A DNA stretch of 64,000 bases from Lama guanicoe (taxonomy: Eukaryota), in contig MU053493.1 of assembly GCA_013239625.1 (NCBI GenBank), positions 1,497,793 to 1,561,792 of the forward strand. The letters run 5' to 3'. This document shows positions 13,501 through 24,750 of the stretch, in pieces. The translations under genes and the position numbers were made by a program. The notes under the pieces are model-generated. The model was not told where the DNA came from, ran no database searches, and was given only the letters and a program-made list of their open reading frames with translations. The first letter of the stretch is position 1. Each line of letters starts with the position of its first letter.

Positions 13501-14828
13501 GCATGGAGATTAAACAATACGTTATTAAAAAACCAATGGGTCAATGAGGAAATCAAAGCTGAAATTAAAAAATATCTTGAGACAAATGAAAATGAAAACA
13601 CAACCACACAAAATTTATGGGACACATCAAAGGCAGTGCTAAGAGGGAAGTTTATAGCAATACAGGCCTTCCTCAAAAAAGAAGAACAATCTCAAATAAA
13701 CAACCTAACCCACCAGCTAAAAGAATTAGAAAAAGAAGAGCAAAAAAACCCCCAAAAGGCAGCAGAAGGAAGTCAATAATAAAGATCAGGAGGGAAATAA
13801 ATAAAATACAGATTTAAAAAAACATAGAAAAAAGTCAATCAAACCAAAAGCTGGTTTTTTGAAAAAGCAAATAAAATTGACAAACTTCTGGCCAAACTTA
13901 CAAAGAATTAAAAAGAGAAAGAGTACAAATAAGCAAAATAAGAAAGGAAAATGGAGAAATTACAACAAATAAAATAGAAATACAGAATACCATACGAGAA
14001 TACTATGAAAAACTATATGGAACCAAAATGGATAACTTAGAGGAGATGGACAAATTTCTGGAAACATACAGTCCACCAAGATTGAATCAAGAAGAAACTG
14101 ACCACTTGAACAAACCGATCACTAGAAATGAAATAGAATTAGCAAATGAAAGTCCAGGACCGGACAGCGTCACCAGGGAATTTTACCAAACATACAAAGA
14201 AGAGCTCACACCAGTCCTTCTCAAACTCTTCCAGAAGATTGAAAAGGAGGGAATACTCCCAAACTCATTCTATGAAGCCACCATCACCCTGATACCAAAA
14301 CCAGGCAAAGACACTACAAAAAGAGAGAATTATAGGCCAATATCACTGATGAACATAGGTGCAAAGATCCTCACCAAACCATTAGCAAATAGAATCCAAC
14401 AGCACATAAAAAAGATTATACATCATGACCAAGTGGGGTTCATCCCAGGGACACAAGGGTGGTTCAGCATATGCAAATCAATCAACGTAATACATCAGAT
14501 CAACAAGAGAAAGGACAAAAACCACATGATCATCTCAATAGATGCAGAAAAAGCATTCAACATCCATTTATGATAAAAACTCTCACCAAAGTGGGTATAG
14601 AGGGAACATATCTCAACATAATAAAAGCTATATATGACAAACCTACAGCCAGCATAGTACTCAATGGTGAAAAACTCAAAAGCTTCCCACTAAAATCTGG
14701 GACAAGACAAGGATGCCAACTATCACCACTCCTATTCAACATAGACTTGGAAGTCCTAGCCACAGCAATTAGGTGAGTGAGAGAAATAAAAGGGATCCAA
14801 ATTGGAAAAGAAGAGGTGAAAGTGTCAC
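10510..14828 (+). repeat. Tandem direct duplication, unit about 2.16 kb (10510-12667 and 12668-14828)
   Basis: ORF translations repeat identically at an offset of 2161; the only difference I noticed is at about 10637-10648. Confidence 0.95.
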
Positions 14829-16500
14829 CATATACCGATGACTTGTTACTATATATAGAAAACCCTAAAACGTCCACACAAAAACTACTAGAGTTGATCG
14901 AAGAATTCAGCAAGGTAGCAGGTTACAAGATTAATGCTCAAAAATCAGTTGCATTTCTTTACACTAACGATGAATCAACAGGAAAAGAAAGTAAAGAAAC
15001 AATCCCTTTTAAAATAGCACCCAAAGTAATAAAACACCTAGGAATAAATCTAACCAAGGAGGTGAAAGAATTATACACAGAAAACTATAAACCACTGATG
15101 AAGGAAATTAAAGAAGACTTTAAAAAATGGAAAGATATCCCATGCTCTTGGATTGGAAGAATCAATATTGTTAAAATGGTCACACTGCCCAAGGTAATCT
15201 ACAGATTTAATGCAATCCCTATCAAATTACCCAGCATATATTTCACAGAACTAGAAAAAATCATAATAAAATTTCTATGGAACCATCAAAGACCTAGAAT
15301 TGCCAAAGCATTACTGAAGAAGAAGATAGAGGCTGGAGGAATAAATCTCCCAGACTTCAGACAATATTATAGAGCTTTAGTCATCAAGACAGCACAGTAT
15401 TGGTACAAAAACAGAAATACAGACCAATGGAACATAATAGAGAGCCCAGAAATGAACCCACAAACTTTTGGTCAACTAATCTTTGACAAAGGAGGCAAGA
15501 ATATACAATGGAATAAAGACAGTCTCTTCAGCAAATGGTGTTGGGAAAACTGGACAGCAGCATGTAAATCAATGAAGCTAGAACACTCCCTTACACCATA
15601 CACAAAAATAAACTCAAAATGGGTCAAAGACTTAAACATAAGACAAGATACAATAAACCTCCTAGAAGAAAATATAGGCAAAACATTATCTGACATACAT
15701 TTCAAAAATTTTNNNNNNNNNNNNNNNNNNNNNNNNNNNNNNNNNNNNNNNNNNNNNNNNNNNNNNNNNNNNNNNNNNNNNNNNNNNNNNNNNNNNNNNN
15801 NNNNNNNNNNNNNNNNNNNNNNNNNNNNNNNNNNNNNNNNNNNNNNNNNNNNNNNNNNNNNNNNNNNNNNNNNNNNNNNNNNNNNNNNNNGAATAAATAA
15901 CAGCTCATACAACTTACAAAGAAAAAAAAAACCCAGTCCAAAAATGGGCAGAAGACCTAAACAAGCGATTCTCCAAGGAAGAAATACAAATGATCAATAG
16001 GCACATGACAAAATTCTCAGTATCACTAATTATCAGAGAAATGCAGATCAAAACTACAATGAGATATCACCTCACACCAGTCAGAATGGCCATCATTCAA
16101 AAGTCCACAAATGATGAATGCTGGGGAGGCTGTGGAGAAAAGGAAACCCTCCTACACTGCTGGTGGGAAGGCAGTTTGGTACAGTTACTGTGGAAAACAG
16201 TGTGGAGATTCCTCAAAAGACTAGGAGTAGACTTACCATGACACAGGAATCCCGCTCCTGGGCATATTTCCAGAGGGAATCCTACTTCAAAAAGACACCT
16301 GCACCCCAATATTCATAGCAGCACTATTTACAATAGCCAAGACATGGAAACAGCCTAAATGTCCATCAACAGATGACTGGATAAAGAAGAAGTGGTATAT
16401 TTATACAATGGAATACTATTCAGCCATAAACATCGACAACATAATGCCATTTGTAGCAACATGGATGCTCCTGGAGAATGTCATTCTAGTGAAGTAAGCC
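12777..16500 (+). pseudogene. L1 ORF2 (endonuclease / reverse transcriptase) pseudogene
   Basis: Starts GTG-TISTHLSFITVNVNGLNAP; split by frameshifts and stops into ORFs 12934-13779, 14028-14573, 14459-14776, 14777-16000 and 15990-16241. Confidence 0.9.
15713..15890. other. Assembly gap (178 N)
   Basis: N run inside L1 ORF2. Confidence 1.
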
Positions 16501-16569
16501 AGAAAGAGAAAGAAAAATACCATATGAGATCTCTCATATGTGGAATCTAAAAAACAAACAAATAAACAA

Positions 16570-16785
16570 NNNNNNNNNNNNNNNNNNNNNNNNNNNNNNN
16601 NNNNNNNNNNNNNNNNNNNNNNNNNNNNNNNNNNNNNNNNNNNNNNNNNNNNNNNNNNNNNNNNNNNNNNNNNNNNNNNNNNNNNNNNNNNNNNNNNNNN
16701 NNNNNNNNNNNNNNNNNNNNNNNNNNNNNNNNNNNNNNNNNNNNNNNNNNNNNNNNNNNNNNNNNNNNNNNNNNNNNNNNNNNNN
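16570..16785. other. Assembly gap (216 N)
   Basis: N run inside the L1 3' UTR. Confidence 1.
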
Positions 16786-17924
16786 TATGTTCATGCTGAA
16801 AAATTGTGCTCTACACTGGAATTTGACACAACATTGTAAAATGATTATAAATCAATAAAAAATGTTTTAAAAAATCTGAAAAACAAATACTGGATGGTCT
16901 TAACAGAAGATGAAACACACAGAAGGAAAGGCTTGAAGACCAGCGACTAGAGCTATCTAAAGCACGGAGAGAAGAACGGCTGAAGAACATTAACATATTG
17001 ACCTATGGGCAATATCCAGGGATGAAAGTTATCTCTAATCAGAATCCTCAAAGAGAGGGCATGGGCAGATAAAATATATGAAGAAATAGTGATGAAAAAA
17101 TTTCCCAATTTGATTTAAAATATATATATATAAGATCACTTTACTCAAATCACTAAAAGCCTATGATGAGAAAAATCTTAAAATCAACCAGGAATGAAAG
17201 ACAAATTACATATGGCGAACAAAGAAAATAATGACCGTCAGAAATAACACAGGGCTGACAACAGTCACATGAATAATTTTAAAGTGCTGGGGACAGTGCG
17301 TACTGTCAATGTTTCAACATCCAAAAAATTTCTTCAGAAGGAAGTTGACAGTTTACAACAATTATATCAATATCTTACAGGATTATCTGGTGTAGAAGAA
17401 GTGTATCTGATAACAAAGGATGGAAGGGGGAGATGAAAGTCCATTATTTTAAGGTTTACTTCTTATTTGAGCAAGTACACTATTATTTGAAAAGTTAACA
17501 ATGGATGTTATAAATCTAAAGCAACTAGTAAAAGGGTGAAGATAATAAGTAGACCAGTAGAGGAGATTAAGTGGCATATTTAGAAACACAAATCTAAAAG
17601 AAGGAAAGAAAAAAAAAAAGGAAGAAGGAACAGATGGACAAAAAGAAGAAGACAAATAGCAAGATGGAAAATTTAAAGCCAGGACTATCCATAATTAACA
17701 AAATTAATGAACTAAATTAAAAGAGGTATAATTTTAATACAAATCCCCAAGAGGTAAACAGTAAAAGGATGGAAAAATATGTATTGTGCAAACGCTAATC
17801 CTAGATCATTTGAATTGCTTCCTTAATGTCACATAAAGTAGACTTCAGAAAAATATTACTAGAAATAAGGAAGAGCATTTCATATTAATAAAAATATCCA
17901 TTCACCAAAAAGACATAATCATCT

Positions 17925-18305
17925 ACTAGGGATGAACTGTGTCCCCCCTCAAAACACATACGTTAAAGCCTTAACCCCCAATGTAACCATATCTGGAGAT
18001 AGTCTTTAGGAGGCAATTAAGTTTCAATGAAGTTATAAGGGTGGGGTCCTAATCCATAGGACCTTATAAGAAGAGGAAAAGACGTCTGAGATCTCTCTCT
18101 CTCTTGCTCTCTCTTCAGGTGCACAGAGAGAAGACCATGTAAGGACACAGTAAGAAGGCAGCCGTCTGCAAAGCAAGGAGAGAGGCTTTGCTAGAAACTA
18201 AACCCTGCTGTGCCTCGGTCTTGGACTTTGCAGCCTCCAGAACACATTTCTGTTGTTAAAGCCGCCCAGTCTATGGTATTTGTGACGGCAGCCCAAGCTA
18301 AGGCA
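17925..18305 (+). mobile_element. MLT1A-type MaLR solo LTR
   Basis: tgaactgtgtcccc...aagccttaaccccca, gaagaccatgtaaggacacag, tcttggacttt.cagcctccagaac, ctatggtatttgtgacggcagccc. Confidence 0.85.
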
Positions 18306-18718
18306 CTGTCTTAAATGCATATGCCCATACTAAGATTGCCTCCAAATACACTAGGCAAAAGAAGATAGAACTGAAAAGAGAGAAATTTCTCATTACATGG
18401 GAGATTTCAACAGGAGATGCACAGGAAGGCATGGAGGATACAGAAGGCTTGAACAACACTACCGAGCGACTTGACCTGATTGACATTGAATCACATAACG
18501 GCAGAAGGCACATTATTTTCGTGTGTGTATATCTGGGGCAACCACCCAAACAGGCCAAGTGCTGGATTGTAAAACGAATCTCACCACTTTTAAAAGGGCT
18601 GGAAATAGTACAATACGATAGTACAGTAATCTGACCACAGTGGGATTAAACTAGAAATTAATAACAGAAACGTGTGTGGCTATTCCCCATACATCTGGAA
18701 GTTAAACAAAATACTGCA

Positions 18719-18856
18719 GGGGGCAGCCTACAGATCAAGCACTAGAGCACATGCTTAGCACGCGCGAGGTCTTCAATTCAATCCCCAGGATCTCTAAAAA
18801 TAAGTAAGTAAGTAAATAAATAAATACCTCCGTACAAAAAAAAATTAAAAAAAAAA
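18719..18856 (+). mobile_element. Vic-1-like SINE, diverged
   Basis: tagagcacatgcttagcacgcgcgaggtc...ttcaatcccca and an A-rich tail. Confidence 0.75.
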
Positions 18857-19013
18857 GATGCTCCTAAAAATTGCTTGGGTCAAAGAAGAAATAACAGGGA
18901 GAATTAGAAATTCTGAAAGTCTTTTGAATGGCATGATAGTGGAAACACAACTTACCAAAAACCTCAAGATACAGTTATATAGTGTTTCGAGGGAAACTTC
19001 GGGCTTTAAATAA

Positions 19014-19125
19014 TTTTGGGGAGGGTTGTGGAGGAAGTAATTAGGTTTATTTATTTATTTTCAATGGAGGGACTGGGGATTGACCCTAAGACCTCGTAAG
19101 CACGTGCTCTACCACTGAGCTATAC
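19014..19125 (-). mobile_element. Vic-1-like SINE, long form
   Basis: gtaattaggtttatttattt...actggggattgacc...ctctaccactgagctatac. Confidence 0.85.
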
Positions 19126-20619
19126 TTTTATTAGAAAGGAGAAAGGTGGACGGTGATGGTGTATTCAAGTGGTCCTTGGGGAGAGGCACAAGGACATCAT
19201 GTGTGGGGCAGCGCAGCAGAACAAGGGGTCAGGCCCGGGGTCCTGGGCAGATGGGAGCCAGAGAGATGAGTCAGTTCCTGGTGGAAGGGTGGGGGTTGGG
19301 GCCAGAGAATTCTCTGGACTGTACTTTCTGCCTGAAAATAGGGTGTTCACCGTCCCCTAAATGCCCAGAAAAGCCCAACTGACCGGCAGTTTTGCCCGTG
19401 CTGGTTAGAGAGATGGTGGGGTTGCTGCTGAGACCCAGGGGTGCAGCCCCGGTGGGTCTGAATCCCCACAACTTCCGTCCTGGAACTGACTGCCTCCACT
19501 CTCCCATCTCATCTCTCGGAGAGGGGGCAGGACGGGGCTGCTGTTCTGACCTCGCGGGGAAATCTGAATAATTGATGCCGCACTCTAATGTTTCGGGCAA
19601 TTGTCATCAAGCAAGAAACACAAGCCCAGTGTGCAGAGAAAGAGGTCCAGGACAAAGGGCTGTTGTCATCGCCCCCTTCCCCCGGCCTCAGGTCTGTGTG
19701 GCTCTCTCCCCAGCACATGATCTGTGACAATCGTCCTGTGTTCTCCCACCTCCCCGGGGGAGCCGAGGGCAGGATGATCAGGGAGGCGGCTCCCCCAGGA
19801 CTGCGGGGGAGGGCTGTCCCCTGCTCCCCCACCCCCCGGTCTGGACCATGCTCCCAGCTGTTGCTGGGTACCCGCTTGGCACTGCCTTCTCTGCTGAGAG
19901 CTGCTGCCTGACAAATACAGAGCTCTCACCCAAACAAACAGCACAGATGGGTCCCCAGGGGCCTGCGAGCCCCATGTGCTGGGCGTGGCCTACATACGGA
20001 ATCAGGTAGAGGCATCCTAAGGGCTCTTTGAGCTCCAGCCCAATGGCAGAGAGAGTCCAACCCTGTTTGGATTTCTGGCACTGGGGGCTGCGCCTCATTT
20101 GTCACACCCCAAGGGGGAAAAACCTATAGCAAATAAACTCCAAACACACAGCCCCCATGAGCAGAGAGCAGGTGACCATCAGACCTCTTCTGACCTGGCA
20201 CCTACAGCCATGACTGCGTATCTGGGACAAGGTGGGAGTTGCATGAGGGTGTAGGTGCCCATCTGGTCACGGTTGGAACTGTAGGGATGGGGCTGGTGTG
20301 GGGAGGGGGAGGGATGTGGCAGGCTTCCCTGCAAGGTTTCCAAATCAGTCATCTGTGCCATCCTAGAAAGGCACAGAAATTCTCTGTCAGCTCCGGTGAA
20401 GTCCCGCCCTCCCCAAGTGAAGAGCGCTGGGCCCTGGCATCTTTTTTTTTTTTTTTTTTTTTGACTTGAGGCTCCGAGAAAAAGGTAGTAGTTACCTTTT
20501 CCAGATGAAGAAGGGAACACCTTGGGAAGGAGGTCCGGTTCGCTGGCCCGTGGTGGGGACCATCCCAGCTGCATCTGGATTTCAGGTGGGGAGAGAGGGT
20601 GCGCGGACCTCCGGACTGT

Positions 20620-21020
20620 GGAGCAGAGCTGAGAGCAAGGCCTGGGCAGAATCAAAATGCAGGGTCCTTTGTTCAAAAAGCATTTGAAGAGGGGAGGACA
20701 TAGCTCAGTGGTAGAGCCCATGCTTAGCATGCAAGAGGTCCCGGGTACCCCAGTACCTCCATTAAAAAATAAATGGGTAAATAATCCCCATTATCACCAT
20801 TAAAAAATAAATAAGTAAATAAATAAAATAAACCCTAATTATCACTCCTAAAAGAAAAAAAAATTGCAGCATTTGAAAACAGTGTTTTTCTTTCTTTCAC
20901 GGTCTCTCTTTCAACCTGCTATGGGTTTTTAATGTTTTTTATTTAATATTATACCCCTTTGGGCTCAGGGACACTTGTGGGGTAAATGCAGATTCTCACA
21001 GGCACTCAGGTTCTGCCCTG
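20620..21020. mobile_element. MER45-like (hAT-Tip100) DNA transposon fossil interrupted by a SINE
   Basis: aaaatgcagggtcctttgttcaaaaa and cggtctctctttcaac...tgcagattctcacagg resemble recalled MER45 consensus. Confidence 0.55.
20690..20863 (+). mobile_element. Vic-1-like SINE with a duplicated tail module
   Basis: Canonical head; flanked by agcatttgaa on both sides. Confidence 0.9.
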
Positions 21021-22399
21021 CAAATCTGTGGGGGGGGGCATGTGTGCCTGATCTTCCCTGTTCCCTGCCTGTCCCCCAGGAGTGGGAGAACCTTCACTGG
21101 GGCAGGAAGCTGGAGGCAGGATTCCTGCACCTGCTCTGTTGTCCTATTGACCTCCCTTACAAAATGTAAATTCAAGGATGAAACCATCAAGAATTTCCGG
21201 GTGGGGACTACAGAGCCTTGAACCCCAAGCAAAGTCCCTTCTGGGTGGCACCCATCCAGCCAATTCTGGCTGCCAAGGCCTTTCTAAGACTAAGAAAGCT
21301 GGACGCCCTGTCTGGTGGCTGTGGCAGAACTGAAGTGTCTGGGGTCAAGCCTTCACCCCAGGCAGCCGCATCAGTGTGGAGAGTCAAGTTCAAGGCAGAG
21401 GGAAAGCCATGCTGAACTGGGAACTGGGATTGTGAGCAGACACCAGGGAAATCCGCCCACATCCTTTCTGAAGAGCCCCCATACTTGCCCACTTCTGGGA
21501 AAAAGGACCAACCCAAGTGATGCTCCTTGGGGACCAAAGACCTGCTGACACTGTAGGTACGAAGGCCGGTCCCCCTTCCTGTCTAGCGCAGCCCCAGAGG
21601 CCCCAGGGCTCTTGCAGGGCATCCTGGGTCCTTCTCCCCCTTCACCAGCCCCGCCCTCTTCCCTTCCTTACACTTTGGTGGTGCATCTCCCAGGAAGAAG
21701 GCTCTAAATGGGATCGGTTGCCAACGCCTATACAGAGGGTCCTGGCATGCACACTATAGCAGAGGGGGCTGGGGCCATAGACCTTTCACCAGGGGTGAGC
21801 CCAGGGGCTTTCTAGGGAACAAGATCTCCAGCTGCCCTGGGAGAGGTGTGAGGGACACAGGAGCAGGGGACCAGGCTGCTCTGAGACGACTGGCTGTGGA
21901 AGAGAGCCCTGACCGTTCAGTTCAACCTCAAACTTGAAACCAGTGGGTCTTCCTGGAGCACTTCAGGAACCCTGATCTCTGGCCGTAGTAGGAGGTTGGG
22001 AGATAAAAGAGAGGATGGATGAGGCTCAGAAGTTTCTTCTGGGGAGGTGGAGCTCTGGGCCTGCCTCAGAGGGCGACTTCCACAAGGTCAGGGACAAGAT
22101 GGGGATGGGGTGAGACCCTGAGGCAGGGGGAGGTTTGGGTAGATCAGGTGAGAAGTGGAACTTCAGATCCTGGTGAAAACCCAGATCTGCCTAAGTGACC
22201 ACCCCCTTGTAGGTGGCAGTGCCCCACCCCCATCCTGCTGGAGGATCACGCTATGACCTCCAGCATGGCAGGTGTCTAGCAAGACAAGGGCTCCCTGGGG
22301 ACCCACCTCCACACTCCATCCCACAGCCAGACTGTAGGATTAAATCCCAGCACAGCCCAACTGGGGACCTACTGAAGGAGGGGAGATCTTTTAAATTTT

Positions 22400-22745
22400 G
22401 ATCTTTTATGGTGGTAAAATACACATAACATCAAGTTACCATCTTAACCATCCTCAAGTGTATAATTCAGTCATGGCAAATGCACTCACACTGTTGTGAA
22501 ACCATTGTCACCATCACCTCCAGAACCCTTTTCATCTTGCAAAACTGAAACTCTGCACCCCTTAGACACCGTCCCCTCCTCCCCCCACCCCTGGAAACCA
22601 CCATTCTACTTTCTACTCTAAATTTGACTGTTCCTCAGGGGAACCTCACATGAGTGGAATCTCCGTGCGTCCTTTTGTGTCTGGCTTCTTTCCGCTTAGC
22701 ATAATGTCTTCAAGCTTCATCCATGTTGCAGCAGGTGTCAGAACG
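22400..22745 (-). mobile_element. L1MB-like 3' end
   Basis: gtggtaaaatacacataaca...ccatcttaaccat, ctggcttctttccgcttagcataatgtcttcaagcttcatccatgttgcag. Confidence 0.8.
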
Positions 22746-24004
22746 GTGGGCGGAGAGGGGGTGTCATGTCAAAGTGGCTGCAGACTGAGGCCAGACCTGG
22801 AAGAACTGGTCCTGAGGATGCAGAAGAAAGGAGGGCAGAACAGGGATAAGGAGTGCATCCCTGCAGGCACAGTCTCTGGGGCTCACCCGTCACGCCCTGG
22901 CAGGGACCCCCGGAGGAGGGGTTCCTTCTGTGCCCTAGGATGGTTCCTGGGAGGAGGGGCGACAGCCACAGGACCAAAGGCTCCAAGCGAGGCCAAAAAA
23001 TTCAGGAGAGGCTGCCAGATCCCCCATTTACCACGTGACAAAGGGTGCTAATGAGGGGCATGGTGCAGTGTCATGTGCTTCTTCCTGTGCGTGGGGACTG
23101 ACAGTGGAGGCTGTTGCTGCAGGGACCCGACAGCAATGGAACAACAGGGTCTCAGTGGAACAGAGGACAGATGGTGGTGTCAAAGGCAAGGGGAGTGCAG
23201 TGATGTCGATGAGTTCAAGATCGGAGCAGCAGCAGCTGGGGCCCTGCCGAGCAGACAACCAAGGAGGCGCTCCCTACAAGGCAGGCGAATGGGACGGGCA
23301 GTTGAGGAGGGTACCGCTTAATTGATACAATAAATGATACCAAGGAGGGACTGCCAGGCGGCTGGGAGCAGCCAAACCACGATGCCTGAGCTCAGATTCA
23401 GACCCAGAGCCCAGCCTGAAGGAGAGGCTTGCTCCGTGCGAGGGCTCTGCAACCCCGTGGCAGGTGTGCACAGTGGTGACTTCCTCCCTGAAGGAGTCCC
23501 GGCCTTTAACTGGGTGACCATGCATGGTGGTGGGAGGGGAGCACGGGGAACTTTTCAGGACTGTCGGACACAGGCTCTGAATTGATACTAATGAATGGGG
23601 ACCAAGGGGTCATCACGGCCCCCTGGGGGAGAAGCGGTCAGGATCAGGTTCAAGTCTAGCTCAGGATGGCCCACTGAGTCCTTTCTCCTCTTCCTGAGTG
23701 CATCACTGAGATGGCATTTCTTGGCTACTAGCTGAACCTCCACATGGGCTCCTTAACCTGTCAGGCAAGAGCTGTCAGAGTGGGAAGGGCAGCATGGAAG
23801 CCTCGGAAATTGCCCCCTCCCCTCACAGGGCTAGGAGATCAAACTAGTGCCACCTTCCAAGGAGGAAAGCACAGATTCATCCCCCCCTCAAAAAAACACC
23901 TAGTAATTCTAGTATTCGGAGGGGGAGGTGGTGGCCCCTGTCATATCCTCATTTCACTCACAGGTCTGAGCCTACAAAAACTAGATCTGTGATGACACAT
24001 TATA

Positions 24005-24385
24005 GTGACATGATGGACAAAAGTGTCTGCTCCCCTACCTCCACCCTTGCCCAGCTTCATATGTTGAAGCCCTAACTGCCAGACCCCCACCACCATGTGA
24101 CTATGTTTGGAGATGGGGCCTTCAAGGAGGTCGTCAAGGTCAACAGAGGACTGATATTTTTATAAGAAGAGGAAGAGACCCCAGAGTTTCCTCTCTGCAT
24201 ATGATCGGAGGATGGCCGCATGAGGACACAGTGAGGAGGCAGCATTTACAAAGAGGTCTCGCCAGAAATCACCCCTGACAGAACCTTGACCTTGGACTTC
24301 CAGCCTCCAGAATGGGAGAAAACAGATTTCTGTTGTTTAAGCCAACATGTCTGTGCTCTTCCATTGGGGCAGCCAGCACCATGGC
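24005..24385 (+). mobile_element. MLT1-type MaLR LTR
   Basis: ttcatatgttgaagccctaac, tttggagatggggcctt, ccttgaccttggacttccagcctccagaa, gatttctgttgtttaagcca. Confidence 0.8.
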
Positions 24386-24524
24386 CCACGCAAACTTCTT
24401 CAAGGGGAGCCGGATCCCAGCAGCAGCATCAGAGGCCCTGTACAGAGCAGACCAACTGGTTCAAGTGTGTGATCAGCCACCCACTTGGGAATGTCTTCTT
24501 TTCATCCCTGCCAGAATCAGTTTG

Positions 24525-24750
24525 TTTGGGATTAGCAGATAAAAGTACTGTATATAAGGTAGTTAAATAACAAGGACCTGCTGTATAGCTCAGGGACCTA
24601 TACTCAACATCTTGTAGTAAACTATAAGATGCAAAAGAATATATCTATGTGTATGTGTAATAGAATCACTATGCTGTACGCCAGAGACTAGCACAACATT
24701 GTAAATCAACTATATTTCAATTTAAACAAAAAGGTAAAAAAAAAAAAAGA
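24525..24750 (+). mobile_element. Short lineage-specific L1 3' end
   Basis: 3' UTR matches 10110-10330; poly(A); TSD agaa(t/a)cagtttg at 24513-24524 and 24748-24759. Confidence 0.85.

Larger units (their letters stand above)
10501..16872 (+). mobile_element. Young 5'-truncated LINE-1 (inter-ORF region to poly(A)) with an internal tandem duplication
   Basis: Endonuclease motifs (NIYAPN, DFNT, SRIDH), RT motifs ([42 protein letters not shown]), C-terminal HCWW, 3' UTR and aataaa; TSD aaatctgaaaa at 10488-10498 and 16872-16882. Confidence 0.95.
16885..19010 (+). mobile_element. Ancient L1M element A, continuation (ORF1 remainder and ORF2 endonuclease region)
   Basis: tactggatggtcttaacagaaga...cttgaagac continues the ORF1 broken at about 5203; endonuclease-like taaagtagacttcag, aaatgcatatgccca, ctgaccacagtgggattaaactagaaatta. 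Confidence 0.65.

Noticed and set aside
10677..16858. Hydrophobic antisense ORFs over the L1, and ORFs running through X stretches
   Set aside because: They are by-products of A-rich L1 sense coding and of N gaps.
10501..16872. Active or autonomous L1
   Set aside because: It lacks the 5' UTR and ORF1, ORF2 starts with GTG, and it carries multiple frameshifts and stops.
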